Source: Bryobacteraceae bacterium
Lineage (GTDB): Bacteria > Acidobacteriota > Terriglobia > Bryobacterales > Bryobacteraceae
DNA: 39,439 bases
Reading direction: 5' to 3'
NCBI GenBank assembly: GCA_041490325.1
Contig: JBGPSX010000001.1
Coordinates: forward strand, 1-39,439
The notes under the pieces were generated by a model. That model was not told the origin of the DNA. It made no database searches and saw only the letters and a program-made list of their open reading frames with translations. Shown piece after piece: positions 25,638 to 33,623 of the stretch. The translations under genes and the position numbers were made by a program. Numbering within the stretch: position 1 is the stretch's first letter; each line of letters starts with the position of its first letter.

Positions 25638-27790
25638 CAGTTCATGATCATTCCGCGCATCTGCATCGGCTGAAATATGATCCAGATGCCGCTCGCATAG
25701 AGCGCTATTGCAAGTACAGCCCAGGGCGCCGCCACTCGGACGCGGCCAGCGATGCGCCAGGTGAGATACAGCGTCGCGATAAGTCCGAAATCAAGTGAGA
25801 GGATTTGGGCTGACGTGATCCAGGCCGAAGCACCTGAATATTCACCCGTGCCGATGGCCAAAAGCCGGTTCAGAACCGGCAGGATTGTCTGCCAAGCAGT
25901 CACCAGGTGAAATGAAAAATGAGCGAGCCACATACTGAACCCGAGCGGAACCAGAGCCAGGATGCAGCGGCCGGTTAGCGCTTTCGAACGCGCTATTCGG
26001 CTGCAAAGCCAGATCAGAATCGTTGGCCCGGCCACCAGCCCGGCGGCATAGTAGAACATGCTCGCGGCATGCCATTGGCTCATCCACATGATCACCGGAG
26101 CAGTCATGCCTGCGGCATTCACGAAGGCTCCAAAGACAAGGATCGCCGTCAGCGCCACCACGTCCGCGCGCTGGAACAGCCGACGATCCTGGAGCAGGCT
26201 GGCTCCCGGTATCGTGGCGAGCACGCCGACGTTGCCTTGCGGGCAGGCATGCACACAGTGGAGACAAAAAGTGCAGTCGAAGTTGCCAAACTTGGTCGGC
26301 TGAAACAGGTTCAGTTGGCAGCCGCGCTGGTGTGCGTTGCCGTGCAAACAATCGTGCGTGCGGCAAGAAACGCAAACCTCGGGCTCGCGCGTTTTTACTT
26401 CCAAGGGCGAGACCAGCGATTGGACGAAATGGAATTGTCCGATGGGGCAAACATACTTGCAGAAACTCGCGCCTTGGAACAAGCCGTCGACGATGAAGGC
26501 CGTGGTGAAATATCCAATCACGATCCAGGCCGTCCACCAAGGGCTGTTCCAGAGGCTGAAAGCTTCGTAGCTCCACAGGTATGCCGCTAGAAGTCCTGCC
26601 GCGATCCATTTGCTACGCAGCCAGACAGGCCAACTGCGGCGGGCTGGCAGAATGCGACGGCCAAGATCGCGCGGCAGCGTGAAGGGGCACGCCATGCAGA
26701 AAATGTTTCCCGCCGCGAGCAGTGCGATCACCGCGAACCCGCGCCAGTAAGTCCACGGCAGAACGCCCGCAAGATTCAACGGACTAACTTGTGGTCCTAA
26801 CAACCCATCCACGACGATCGCTATGGCGAGCATGAACATCACCCCTTGTGCGACTCGGCGGAAGTAGCGGTAGCGCAGTATGGAGCCGATCACCGGAACG
26901 TTGAGGAGATCCCATGGTCGCTTGGCCTCGAGTGCCGGGCTGAGCCGCGCCCGTGTGCGAGTGGTTGTTGGCGTCCGGCGCGGACTAAACGCTTGCACCC
27001 CTAGAATTACTGCGGGCAACAGGAAGGCAATGGACCCTGGTACCCACATGATTGCACCAGCCGTCGCCTGATCGTCTAGCGCTGAGATGCCCCATAGCCG
27101 CGGTACGAGTTGATAAGTGGGATAAAGAGCCTGATCGGAAAAACTCAGTACCGCTGAGAGCCCAGTGTTCACAATGTCCGCGGCAATTAGATAAGGGATC
27201 ATGGCCGCGCGCGGCCAACGCGATTGGCTGGGCCACACTTGTATGACCGGCCACCAAAAGAGCAGTGCAGCCGAGAAAAAACATGCGTGTTGCACTTGAT
27301 GCCACGCCGGTGAGTGAAGGCCCAATTCGTACAGAGCTGGTACGTGCCAGGCGATCATGGCCAGAGCCATCGCTAACCAGCTCATGACGGGATGAGTGAT
27401 TGCGCGACCTATACGCCGCAAAGCGTGCCAACGGAGAAAAGGACCAATCCAGTCCTTCAATACCCAGCGTGGCGCACCACGCAGCAATGCCAGCACCGGT
27501 TGTCCGAGCCAGAGAAGCGGAGGCGCGATCATGAGCAGCAGTAGGTGCTGCAGCATGTGCACTTCGAGTAAGAATCCACCGAAGGCATCGATGGGTGACG
27601 CAATCGCAGCGAAGAGCGCGGCCAACCCGCCTAGGAATGCGATTAAACGCCAAGCCGGATAGCGCCCTGGCCGCTCGGCGCGCAGCCGCTTCCAACCGCG
27701 CGCGTAGATCCAAGCGGTGGCCAGCAACACCAGAAGCAGGCGGATGTCCAATCTCCAGGACTCGAACACCGCTACTGCAACTGAATCCAT
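25637..27790 (-). CDS. Fusion protein: caa3-type cytochrome oxidase assembly factor CtaG (N-terminal about 280 aa) + FixG/CcoG/NapH-like membrane polyferredoxin + extra C-terminal TM bundle
   Basis: The N-terminus has EVHMLQHLLLLMIAPPLLWLGQP and WHVPALYELG...HQVQHACFF (Bacillus-type CtaG motifs). The middle has CMACPF, CKYVCPIGQF, CVSCRTHDC, and CTFCLHCVHACPQGN (Cys clusters as in FixG/NapH-type 4Fe-4S proteins). 717 aa with many TM segments. Confidence 0.8.
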   Translation of the reverse strand: MDSVAVAVFESWRLDIRLLLVLLATAWIYARGWKRLRAERPGRYPAWRLIAFLGGLAALFAAIASPIDAFGGFLLEVHMLQHLLLLMIAPPLLWLGQPVLALLRGAPRWVLKDWIGPFLRWHALRRIGRAITHPVMSWLAMALAMIAWHVPALYELGLHSPAWHQVQHACFFSAALLFWWPVIQVWPSQSRWPRAAMIPYLIAADIVNTGLSAVLSFSDQALYPTYQLVPRLWGISALDDQATAGAIMWVPGSIAFLLPAVILGVQAFSPRRTPTTTRTRARLSPALEAKRPWDLLNVPVIGSILRYRYFRRVAQGVMFMLAIAIVVDGLLGPQVSPLNLAGVLPWTYWRGFAVIALLAAGNIFCMACPFTLPRDLGRRILPARRSWPVWLRSKWIAAGLLAAYLWSYEAFSLWNSPWWTAWIVIGYFTTAFIVDGLFQGASFCKYVCPIGQFHFVQSLVSPLEVKTREPEVCVSCRTHDCLHGNAHQRGCQLNLFQPTKFGNFDCTFCLHCVHACPQGNVGVLATIPGASLLQDRRLFQRADVVALTAILVFGAFVNAAGMTAPVIMWMSQWHAASMFYYAAGLVAGPTILIWLCSRIARSKALTGRCILALVPLGFSMWLAHFSFHLVTAWQTILPVLNRLLAIGTGEYSGASAWITSAQILSLDFGLIATLYLTWRIAGRVRVAAPWAVLAIALYASGIWIIFQPMQMRGMIMN

Positions 27791-29248
27791 CTAACGCCGG
27801 GCCTCGCGAGTTGCGGGAATGGTCGAGTCGCGCGCCGGTGGTTCAAAGGACGGCCGAAGGGTCCGCATGAAGGCAACCAGCGCGGCGACCTCAGCGGGCT
27901 TCAAGTTCTTCGCGTATGCAGGCATGTTGCCGCCGCCTTGAATGATTTGGCGGACGAGTTGATCGGCTGTCAGGCGATTCGCGACCGCATCTAATGCTGG
28001 TCCGCGCATGCCGCCCTCCCCTCCGAGACTGTGGCAGTTCCGGCACTGCTTGCTCTGAATTAGCAGAGCTCCTTGCAATTCGAGTGGAGTTCGGCCCTCT
28101 AAGAATTGTTCGGGAGTGGCTAGCGAACTCCAGGCTTCCATTCGGGGCGACCATGGAGAATAAGATCCCAGCCATGCCAGCAAGCCCAGAGTCAGAAACG
28201 CCAAGATCACTGCCAGTATCGCGATGGGCCTTCGCCGGTAGCTTTTCTCGCCCGTGCCGGAGATGAAAGGAAGCGCGAAGAGAACAGCAATTCCAAGTAC
28301 TGGCGCAACCAGCAATAAAAACGTCTCCAGGTATGCCGGCAACAAGGCGAGTGCCGCGAAGACGGCGAGAAAGTAAAAGTCGGGTTTGGGCAGCGTGTGG
28401 ATCAGCGTCGGATTCGGCGGACCGCCTGGTCCGGCAGGCCCGAATACCAAAGCGCACGCGCAGATCGCGACCATCAAGAAAGCGCTAAATATCAGATCTT
28501 TTCCGATTACGTGCGGGACGAATGGGACGCCATCTTTGTGCAGGCGCTCTTCATACTCGTGCACATACGTCGCTCGATTGACGGCGACGCCCGGCGTCGG
28601 ATACTCGTTCACGCCTTTTGTCAATACCAGGCGCAGATGCAAACTCACCAGCGCGATAATCAAGCCGGGAATTACGAAGACGTGCAGCGTGAAAAAGCGT
28701 GACAATGTCTCACCGGCGATGATCGGCCCCGCCAGCAGCAGATGCACCATTAATCCGCCGGCGAAGGGAACGCGCCCCATGATGGAGGCGCCAATCCCCA
28801 GGCCCCAGTAGGCGTCTTGATCGAACCGCAGCACTTGCCCGGTGAAGGACATGCCCAGCGTGCAAAGAAAGAGGAAGCAGCCGGACACCCAGGTGAGCTC
28901 GCGCGGAAATTTGTATGCGCCGAAAAGAAAAGTCTGCGCCAGGTGCAAGCTCATGATCGCGACCATGAAGTTCGAACCCCAGTTGTGCACCGCGCGGAGA
29001 AACCATCCGAGATACTGCTCGTGATTCAGATATTGCAAGCTCGTCCAGGCGTGATCCGTTGATGGCACGTACACGAAGGCCAGGCAGATGCCAGTGACGA
29101 TCTGGATGACGAAGCAGAGCAACGTGCCGCTCCCGAATACGTAGAACCAACTGTTCGTGCTGCGCGGCACCTTGTGACCGGCCGTGGCCTCGAACAGTTT
29201 CACGAGGTGCAGACGCTCTTCCAGCCATTGAGCGATGGACTTCAACAT
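27791..29248 (-). CDS. Cytochrome b of a bc-type complex: b6-like N-terminal part + subunit-IV-like part + C-terminal monohaem cytochrome c domain in one polypeptide
   Basis: WFYVFGSGTLLCFVIQIVTG. The haem-b His pairs are HNWGSNFMVAIMSLH (13-residue spacing) and HVFVIPGLIIALVSLH (14-residue spacing, b6/Firmicute-like). C-terminal CRNCH ... GGNMPAY. Start at ATG 29248 (MLKSIAQWLEERL). Confidence 0.9.
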   Translation of the reverse strand: MLKSIAQWLEERLHLVKLFEATAGHKVPRSTNSWFYVFGSGTLLCFVIQIVTGICLAFVYVPSTDHAWTSLQYLNHEQYLGWFLRAVHNWGSNFMVAIMSLHLAQTFLFGAYKFPRELTWVSGCFLFLCTLGMSFTGQVLRFDQDAYWGLGIGASIMGRVPFAGGLMVHLLLAGPIIAGETLSRFFTLHVFVIPGLIIALVSLHLRLVLTKGVNEYPTPGVAVNRATYVHEYEERLHKDGVPFVPHVIGKDLIFSAFLMVAICACALVFGPAGPGGPPNPTLIHTLPKPDFYFLAVFAALALLPAYLETFLLLVAPVLGIAVLFALPFISGTGEKSYRRRPIAILAVILAFLTLGLLAWLGSYSPWSPRMEAWSSLATPEQFLEGRTPLELQGALLIQSKQCRNCHSLGGEGGMRGPALDAVANRLTADQLVRQIIQGGGNMPAYAKNLKPAEVAALVAFMRTLRPSFEPPARDSTIPATREARR

Positions 29249-29832
29249 GGCCGTGTTGTTCCTCGGATCTGAATCAGTTCGCTCTTCGCGCCGGGCGCGC
29301 CGGGGCACTGTCGATTACTGGTTGAGAGTGGCTCCGCCAACGTCGGAAGATGACCGCCGAGGATGAATAGACTTCCGTTCTCGACCTTGTACTTGTATTC
29401 GAATAAGCCTCGTGGCGGGGGACCCGAGGCGCGCGATCCGTCCTCGTAAAATGCGCCGCCGTGACACGGGCAGAGGAACAGTCGCGAGTCCGGAAACCAT
29501 CGCACTGGACAACCGAGGTGCGTGCAATTGATCGCGAACACTTGGAACTTCTCGCCTTCGACATGTCGAACCCAACACGGAATCTGAGCCGTTTCGCCAT
29601 CCCAGGGCCGCGTGAACGGATTACGATAAACGGCCATTCTCGTCTCGCTTTCCGGAAACTGCGACAGGGGGCCGAGCGAAATCCAGGTTTCCTCTTTCTT
29701 CCGGCCGGTGATGTTCGAGATAACAAAACCAAGTACCGGGATGCCGATGAGCGCCGCCGCGATGGCGTTGAGCGCAATACCGGCTTTGAGCAAGAGATTT
29801 CTGCGTGACACCGAGGGCCTCTGTTCGATCAT
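29242..29832 (-). CDS. Rieske [2Fe-2S] subunit with a twin-arginine signal
   Basis: SRRNLLLKAG (Tat motif), CTHLGCPVRW and CPCHGGAF (Rieske boxes). ATG 29832 overlaps the upstream stop (ATGA). Confidence 0.9.
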   Translation of the reverse strand: MIEQRPSVSRRNLLLKAGIALNAIAAALIGIPVLGFVISNITGRKKEETWISLGPLSQFPESETRMAVYRNPFTRPWDGETAQIPCWVRHVEGEKFQVFAINCTHLGCPVRWFPDSRLFLCPCHGGAFYEDGSRASGPPPRGLFEYKYKVENGSLFILGGHLPTLAEPLSTSNRQCPGAPGAKSELIQIRGTTRPC

Positions 29833-30500
29833 GGCCGCGAGCCCGATCTCCGGTGCGACGCCACCCAAGCGACCACATCGGAAATCTCCTGGCGCGCGAG
29901 CGGCCGTCCCGGAACATCATTGCGCCAGTCTGGAACACCGCGATCGGGACGTCCTGCGATCACTGCCGTCCGAAGTTTCTGATTGCTTACGAGAGCCAGG
30001 TAGTCCGGTTCGACGATGGAGCCGCCCCCTGAACCGCCGCGGCCCTCGGGTCCATGACAGCGCGCGCAGTAAGTCTGATAGGCAACGGCGCCGCGCTGGA
30101 TTTCCCCGGCTTCCGTGGAACTGTGCGATGGCAACGACGCGCCGGAAATCGCTTCCGGCTTGGCCCAGGTTCGTTGCATGCCATTGGCGAGCGACTCAAT
30201 TTGCTGATCGGTCAGCGTCCCCCCCGCGCTCTTTGCAAAGGCTGGCATCGGCATACCAGGCACGCCGTGAGCGATCACATCTTGCAGTTTCTCCTTGGTC
30301 ACCAAAGCCTGATAAACCGGATCATTCAGCGGTTGCGCGGCGCCGTTATGGCCATCGGTCCCGTGGCAGCCCGCGCAGTTCGATGCGAACAGCGCATGAA
30401 AGTCGATGACCTGATCCGGCAACAGCACCTCCTCTTCCGGACCGCCGCAGCCTGCGAGAAAACCGATCGAAGCAAGCATGGCCAACATCCGAAGGATCAT
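29829..30500 (-). CDS. Dihaem c-type cytochrome, lipoprotein-anchored
   Basis: Lipobox FLAGC. Two CxxCH motifs (CAGCH, CARCH), each in a class-I cytochrome-c-like half. ATGA overlap with the upstream gene at 30497-30500. Confidence 0.85.
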   Translation of the reverse strand: MILRMLAMLASIGFLAGCGGPEEEVLLPDQVIDFHALFASNCAGCHGTDGHNGAAQPLNDPVYQALVTKEKLQDVIAHGVPGMPMPAFAKSAGGTLTDQQIESLANGMQRTWAKPEAISGASLPSHSSTEAGEIQRGAVAYQTYCARCHGPEGRGGSGGGSIVEPDYLALVSNQKLRTAVIAGRPDRGVPDWRNDVPGRPLARQEISDVVAWVASHRRSGSRP

Positions 30501-31336
30501 GGTTCCGGTTCCTGGTCGGATTTAGCTCGGGGAGCTTCGATGCCGGCGCGTTCGGACAAGGTCCAGGTCTGCATGGTCTCGATCTTCTGCGTGCGTGCGA
30601 CGACATAGCCACAGACCAGCCCGAAAGCGATTTGCGAAGCTACAAACCAGGTCCAGTCCACGCGTGCATTGAGAGTTGGATTGATCACGTTGAGCGTTGT
30701 AGCAATCAGACCTGACCAAACTACGGGCGTGATGAGGCCACTCCACAAGCCGGCGCGCTTGGGAAACATGGGAAGCATGACTGCATAGAGCAGACCAACC
30801 AAGGGAGAAAGCGTGCCGTGCATAAGAAGGCCGGCCAGCAGTCCGGTGGAGTTGAACTGTTTGAGATGTTCGAAGTCAGCCGCCGCGAGTGAGGGCACGA
30901 TGCCGGCGGCCAATAAATTGATTGGATACCAGGGACTCCCCCCAACCAGCACGCCGAAAAACATCGCAACCGCTGCCATAGCCACGCCGCCGGCGAGTCC
31001 GCCTTTGAGGCCCGAAGAATAAGGATGAATCTCCGCGGGAATTCGCACGCGATGTCCGCCGGCGCCCGGCATCAGATATTGCACGCTGCGTTGGCTCACA
31101 CGGACCGGAACCGCTCGGTCGACGCCGGCGACTGGAACCATTTCGTGCTTTTCAACGGGCAGGACGTCTCGCCACCAGCCGATCGCTCCGCGCAACAGGA
31201 TCACAATTCCCAGCACGCTGACGGCGGCGTGCGTCACCATTCCAGCGACGACGAGCGTGAGTCCAAATGCGGTAACGAAGGGCCACACGGTTGGAGCGGG
31301 CATCTGGATCGAGTTTCGATTTGGTTCATGTTCCAC
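30497..31336 (-). CDS. Uncharacterised polytopic membrane protein embedded between oxidase subunit III and the dihaem cytochrome c
   Basis: 279 aa with about 6-7 hydrophobic segments (PTVWPFVTAFGLTLVVAGMV..., GGLAGGVAMAAVAMFFGVLVGG..., WTWFVASQIAFGLVCGYVV). GTG 31336 is preceded by GGGAGG (6-nt spacing) and lies 3 nt after the ctaE stop. No family was recognised. Confidence 0.65.
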   Translation of the reverse strand: MEHEPNRNSIQMPAPTVWPFVTAFGLTLVVAGMVTHAAVSVLGIVILLRGAIGWWRDVLPVEKHEMVPVAGVDRAVPVRVSQRSVQYLMPGAGGHRVRIPAEIHPYSSGLKGGLAGGVAMAAVAMFFGVLVGGSPWYPINLLAAGIVPSLAAADFEHLKQFNSTGLLAGLLMHGTLSPLVGLLYAVMLPMFPKRAGLWSGLITPVVWSGLIATTLNVINPTLNARVDWTWFVASQIAFGLVCGYVVARTQKIETMQTWTLSERAGIEAPRAKSDQEPEP

Positions 31337-31339
31337 GCT

Positions 31340-31927
31340 TCACCTCCCGATGACGTACACAACCGTGAACACCACGATCCAAACGGCGTCTACGAAGTGC
31401 CAGTACCACGACAACAATTCAAAACGTCGAGCCTGTCCGAGCATGCCGCCGCGCGACAAACTGAAAAGCATGCACAAAAGAAGTAAGAGAAGACCAACCG
31501 TGACGTGGCTGGCATGCAGTCCAACCAGCGAGTAAAAGGTGGTGCCGAACAAGTTGGTTGTAATCGTGAGGTGGTCGCGCACGATCAGCTTGTGCCACTC
31601 GAGTCCGGTTTGACGCATGAACTCCGCTCCCAGCATAATCGTCAAACCCAGCCAGAGTTTGAAGGTTGCTAATCGCGAGTGCTTGAGCGCGTGCTCGGCA
31701 ATTGCGACCGTTATGCTGCTTGAGAGCAGGCACACCGTGGACCAGATCGGCAGATCGAGAACATCCTGCGGATACGGTCCGCTCAAACTCTTTCCGATGT
31801 AGTACAGGTACGCAACGACGAAGATCGTGAATAAAGCCGCCTCGGTCAAGATCAGGCAGATCACTCCGACACGGCCACGGTCCGGCAAGCGCCACTCTAT
31901 TTCGCGGCTTGTGATGACGGGCGTCAT
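31340..31927 (-). CDS. ctaE: Cytochrome c oxidase subunit III
   Basis: FYSLVGLHASHVTVGLLLL and ELLSWYWHFVDAVWIVVFTVVY are canonical subunit III C-terminal motifs. Confidence 0.9.
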   Translation of the reverse strand: MTPVITSREIEWRLPDRGRVGVICLILTEAALFTIFVVAYLYYIGKSLSGPYPQDVLDLPIWSTVCLLSSSITVAIAEHALKHSRLATFKLWLGLTIMLGAEFMRQTGLEWHKLIVRDHLTITTNLFGTTFYSLVGLHASHVTVGLLLLLLCMLFSLSRGGMLGQARRFELLSWYWHFVDAVWIVVFTVVYVIGR

Positions 31928-31934
31928 GGCGTCC

Positions 31935-33614
31935 TCATTCGTATTTCCAATCGGGATCTTCCGGATGCTTCAAATCCCACAATGGGCGGCTGCTCCGAAT
32001 CTCCGGCAGGGTCGCGAAATTGTATTCCGGGGGCGGGGATGTGGTGGCCCATTCGAGCGTCCAGGCGTCCCATGGATCATCGCCCGCGTCTTTTCCTTTA
32101 ACGAGCGAGCGAATCACGTTCCAGACGAAGAAGAGTATGGCCGCAGCTTGGAAAATAACTCCGATGGACGCGACCAGATTCCAGGACTCCCAGCCTCGCC
32201 CCGCCGCGTAGGTGTAAATGCGCCTCGGCATGCCCAGCAGGCCAGGGATATGCAACGTATCGAACGTCAGGTGGAATCCGATCACCAGCAGCCAAAAATG
32301 CCATTTGCCCAGCGTTTCGCTCAGCATTTTTCCAGTGGCCTTTGGAAACCAATAGTAGATTCCTCCGAACAATGTGAATAGAAGTCCGCCCAGCAAGGTG
32401 TAGTGGAAATGAGCGACGACGAAATATGAGTCGCCCAACTGCCAATCAAAGGGCGCCACGGCCAGCATGATTCCAGTGAGACCGGCGATCAGGAACTGAA
32501 AAAGAAAGCCGATGCACCACAACAGAGGCGTCTGGAAACGCAGCTTGCCGCCATACATGGTTCCAATCCAGTTGAAGATTTTGATGCCAGTTGGAACGCC
32601 GACCAGCATCGTCGACGCTGCGAAGAAAATGTTCGATCGCGCTGCCAATCCGACGGTGAACATGTGATGCGCCCAAACGCTCATGCTGACGAAACCTATC
32701 GCGATAGTGGCGCCAATCATGGCAGCGCGCCCGAAGATCGGCTTCCGCGAAAATACCGGAAGGATTTCGGACACGCAGGCAAAGCCCGGGAAAACCAGTA
32801 TGTAGACCTCGGGATGACCGAAGACCCAGAAGAAGTGCTGCCATAAAATCGCGGAACCGCCGGCTTGTGTGTCAAAGAAATGCGCTCCTAGAAAACGGTC
32901 GAGCAGCAGCATGAGCTGCGCGGCGCTGAGCGGCGGCATCGCGACCAGAATCATGAACGAGACAACCAGCATCATCCAGACGAATAGCGGCATGCGAACC
33001 AGAGTCATGCCCCTAGTGCGCATGGTGAACACAGTCGCGATGACATTGATGGCGCTGGCAATGCTCCCGACTCCGCTCAGCAGAACGCTCAGCGTCCAAT
33101 AGTCGGTGCTGTGGCCTGGCGAAAACGCTCGCTCCGTGAGCGGCGAGTAGGCAAACCAGCCCACATCCGGAGCGCTTCCATGGCCGCCCAGACCCTCGCC
33201 GGCGAGGTAACTGAAGTACAACAGAAAGCCGCCGAACAGAAAGATCCAGAAGCCAAACGCATTTAGCCGAGGGAAGGCCATGTCGCGCGCGCCGATCATC
33301 AGCGGCACCAGATAATTTGCAAGCCCGGCGAGAAACGGCATGCCGACCCAGAACACCATCGTGGTGCCATGCATCGTGAACAGCCGGTTGAAGACCTGAG
33401 GCGATACCAGCGTGTTGTTCGGAAGAGCCAGTTGCGCGCGCATGACCGCAGCCAACAGGCCCGCAACGACGAAGAAAAGCAGCGAGGCAATGATGTACAT
33501 CAAGCCGAGCCGCTTATGATCCACGGTAATGACCCAGTCGTGCAGAATCGCTGGCAACGACCATTCAGCGGTCCGTTGCCGTGGGTGCTCCAGAGGATAG
33601 TCGGTAGTCGCCAT
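31935..33614 (-). CDS. ctaD: Cytochrome c oxidase subunit I (haem-copper oxidase, A-type)
   Basis: DHKRLGLMYI, TMHGTTMVF, WFFGHPEVYILVFPGF, WAHHMFTVG and VVAHFHYTLLGG are canonical haem a/a3-CuB ligand motifs. Confidence 0.97.
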   Translation of the reverse strand: MATTDYPLEHPRQRTAEWSLPAILHDWVITVDHKRLGLMYIIASLLFFVVAGLLAAVMRAQLALPNNTLVSPQVFNRLFTMHGTTMVFWVGMPFLAGLANYLVPLMIGARDMAFPRLNAFGFWIFLFGGFLLYFSYLAGEGLGGHGSAPDVGWFAYSPLTERAFSPGHSTDYWTLSVLLSGVGSIASAINVIATVFTMRTRGMTLVRMPLFVWMMLVVSFMILVAMPPLSAAQLMLLLDRFLGAHFFDTQAGGSAILWQHFFWVFGHPEVYILVFPGFACVSEILPVFSRKPIFGRAAMIGATIAIGFVSMSVWAHHMFTVGLAARSNIFFAASTMLVGVPTGIKIFNWIGTMYGGKLRFQTPLLWCIGFLFQFLIAGLTGIMLAVAPFDWQLGDSYFVVAHFHYTLLGGLLFTLFGGIYYWFPKATGKMLSETLGKWHFWLLVIGFHLTFDTLHIPGLLGMPRRIYTYAAGRGWESWNLVASIGVIFQAAAILFFVWNVIRSLVKGKDAGDDPWDAWTLEWATTSPPPEYNFATLPEIRSSRPLWDLKHPEDPDWKYE

Positions 33615-33623
33615 AGGCCCGGA

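Noticed and set aside
25842-27713. Minus-strand off-frame ORFs 25842-26609 (255 aa) and 26985-27713 (242 aa)
   Set aside because: They are alternative frames of the CtaG::FixG gene. They are Arg/Pro/Ala-rich and lack the TM and Cys-cluster logic of the main frame.
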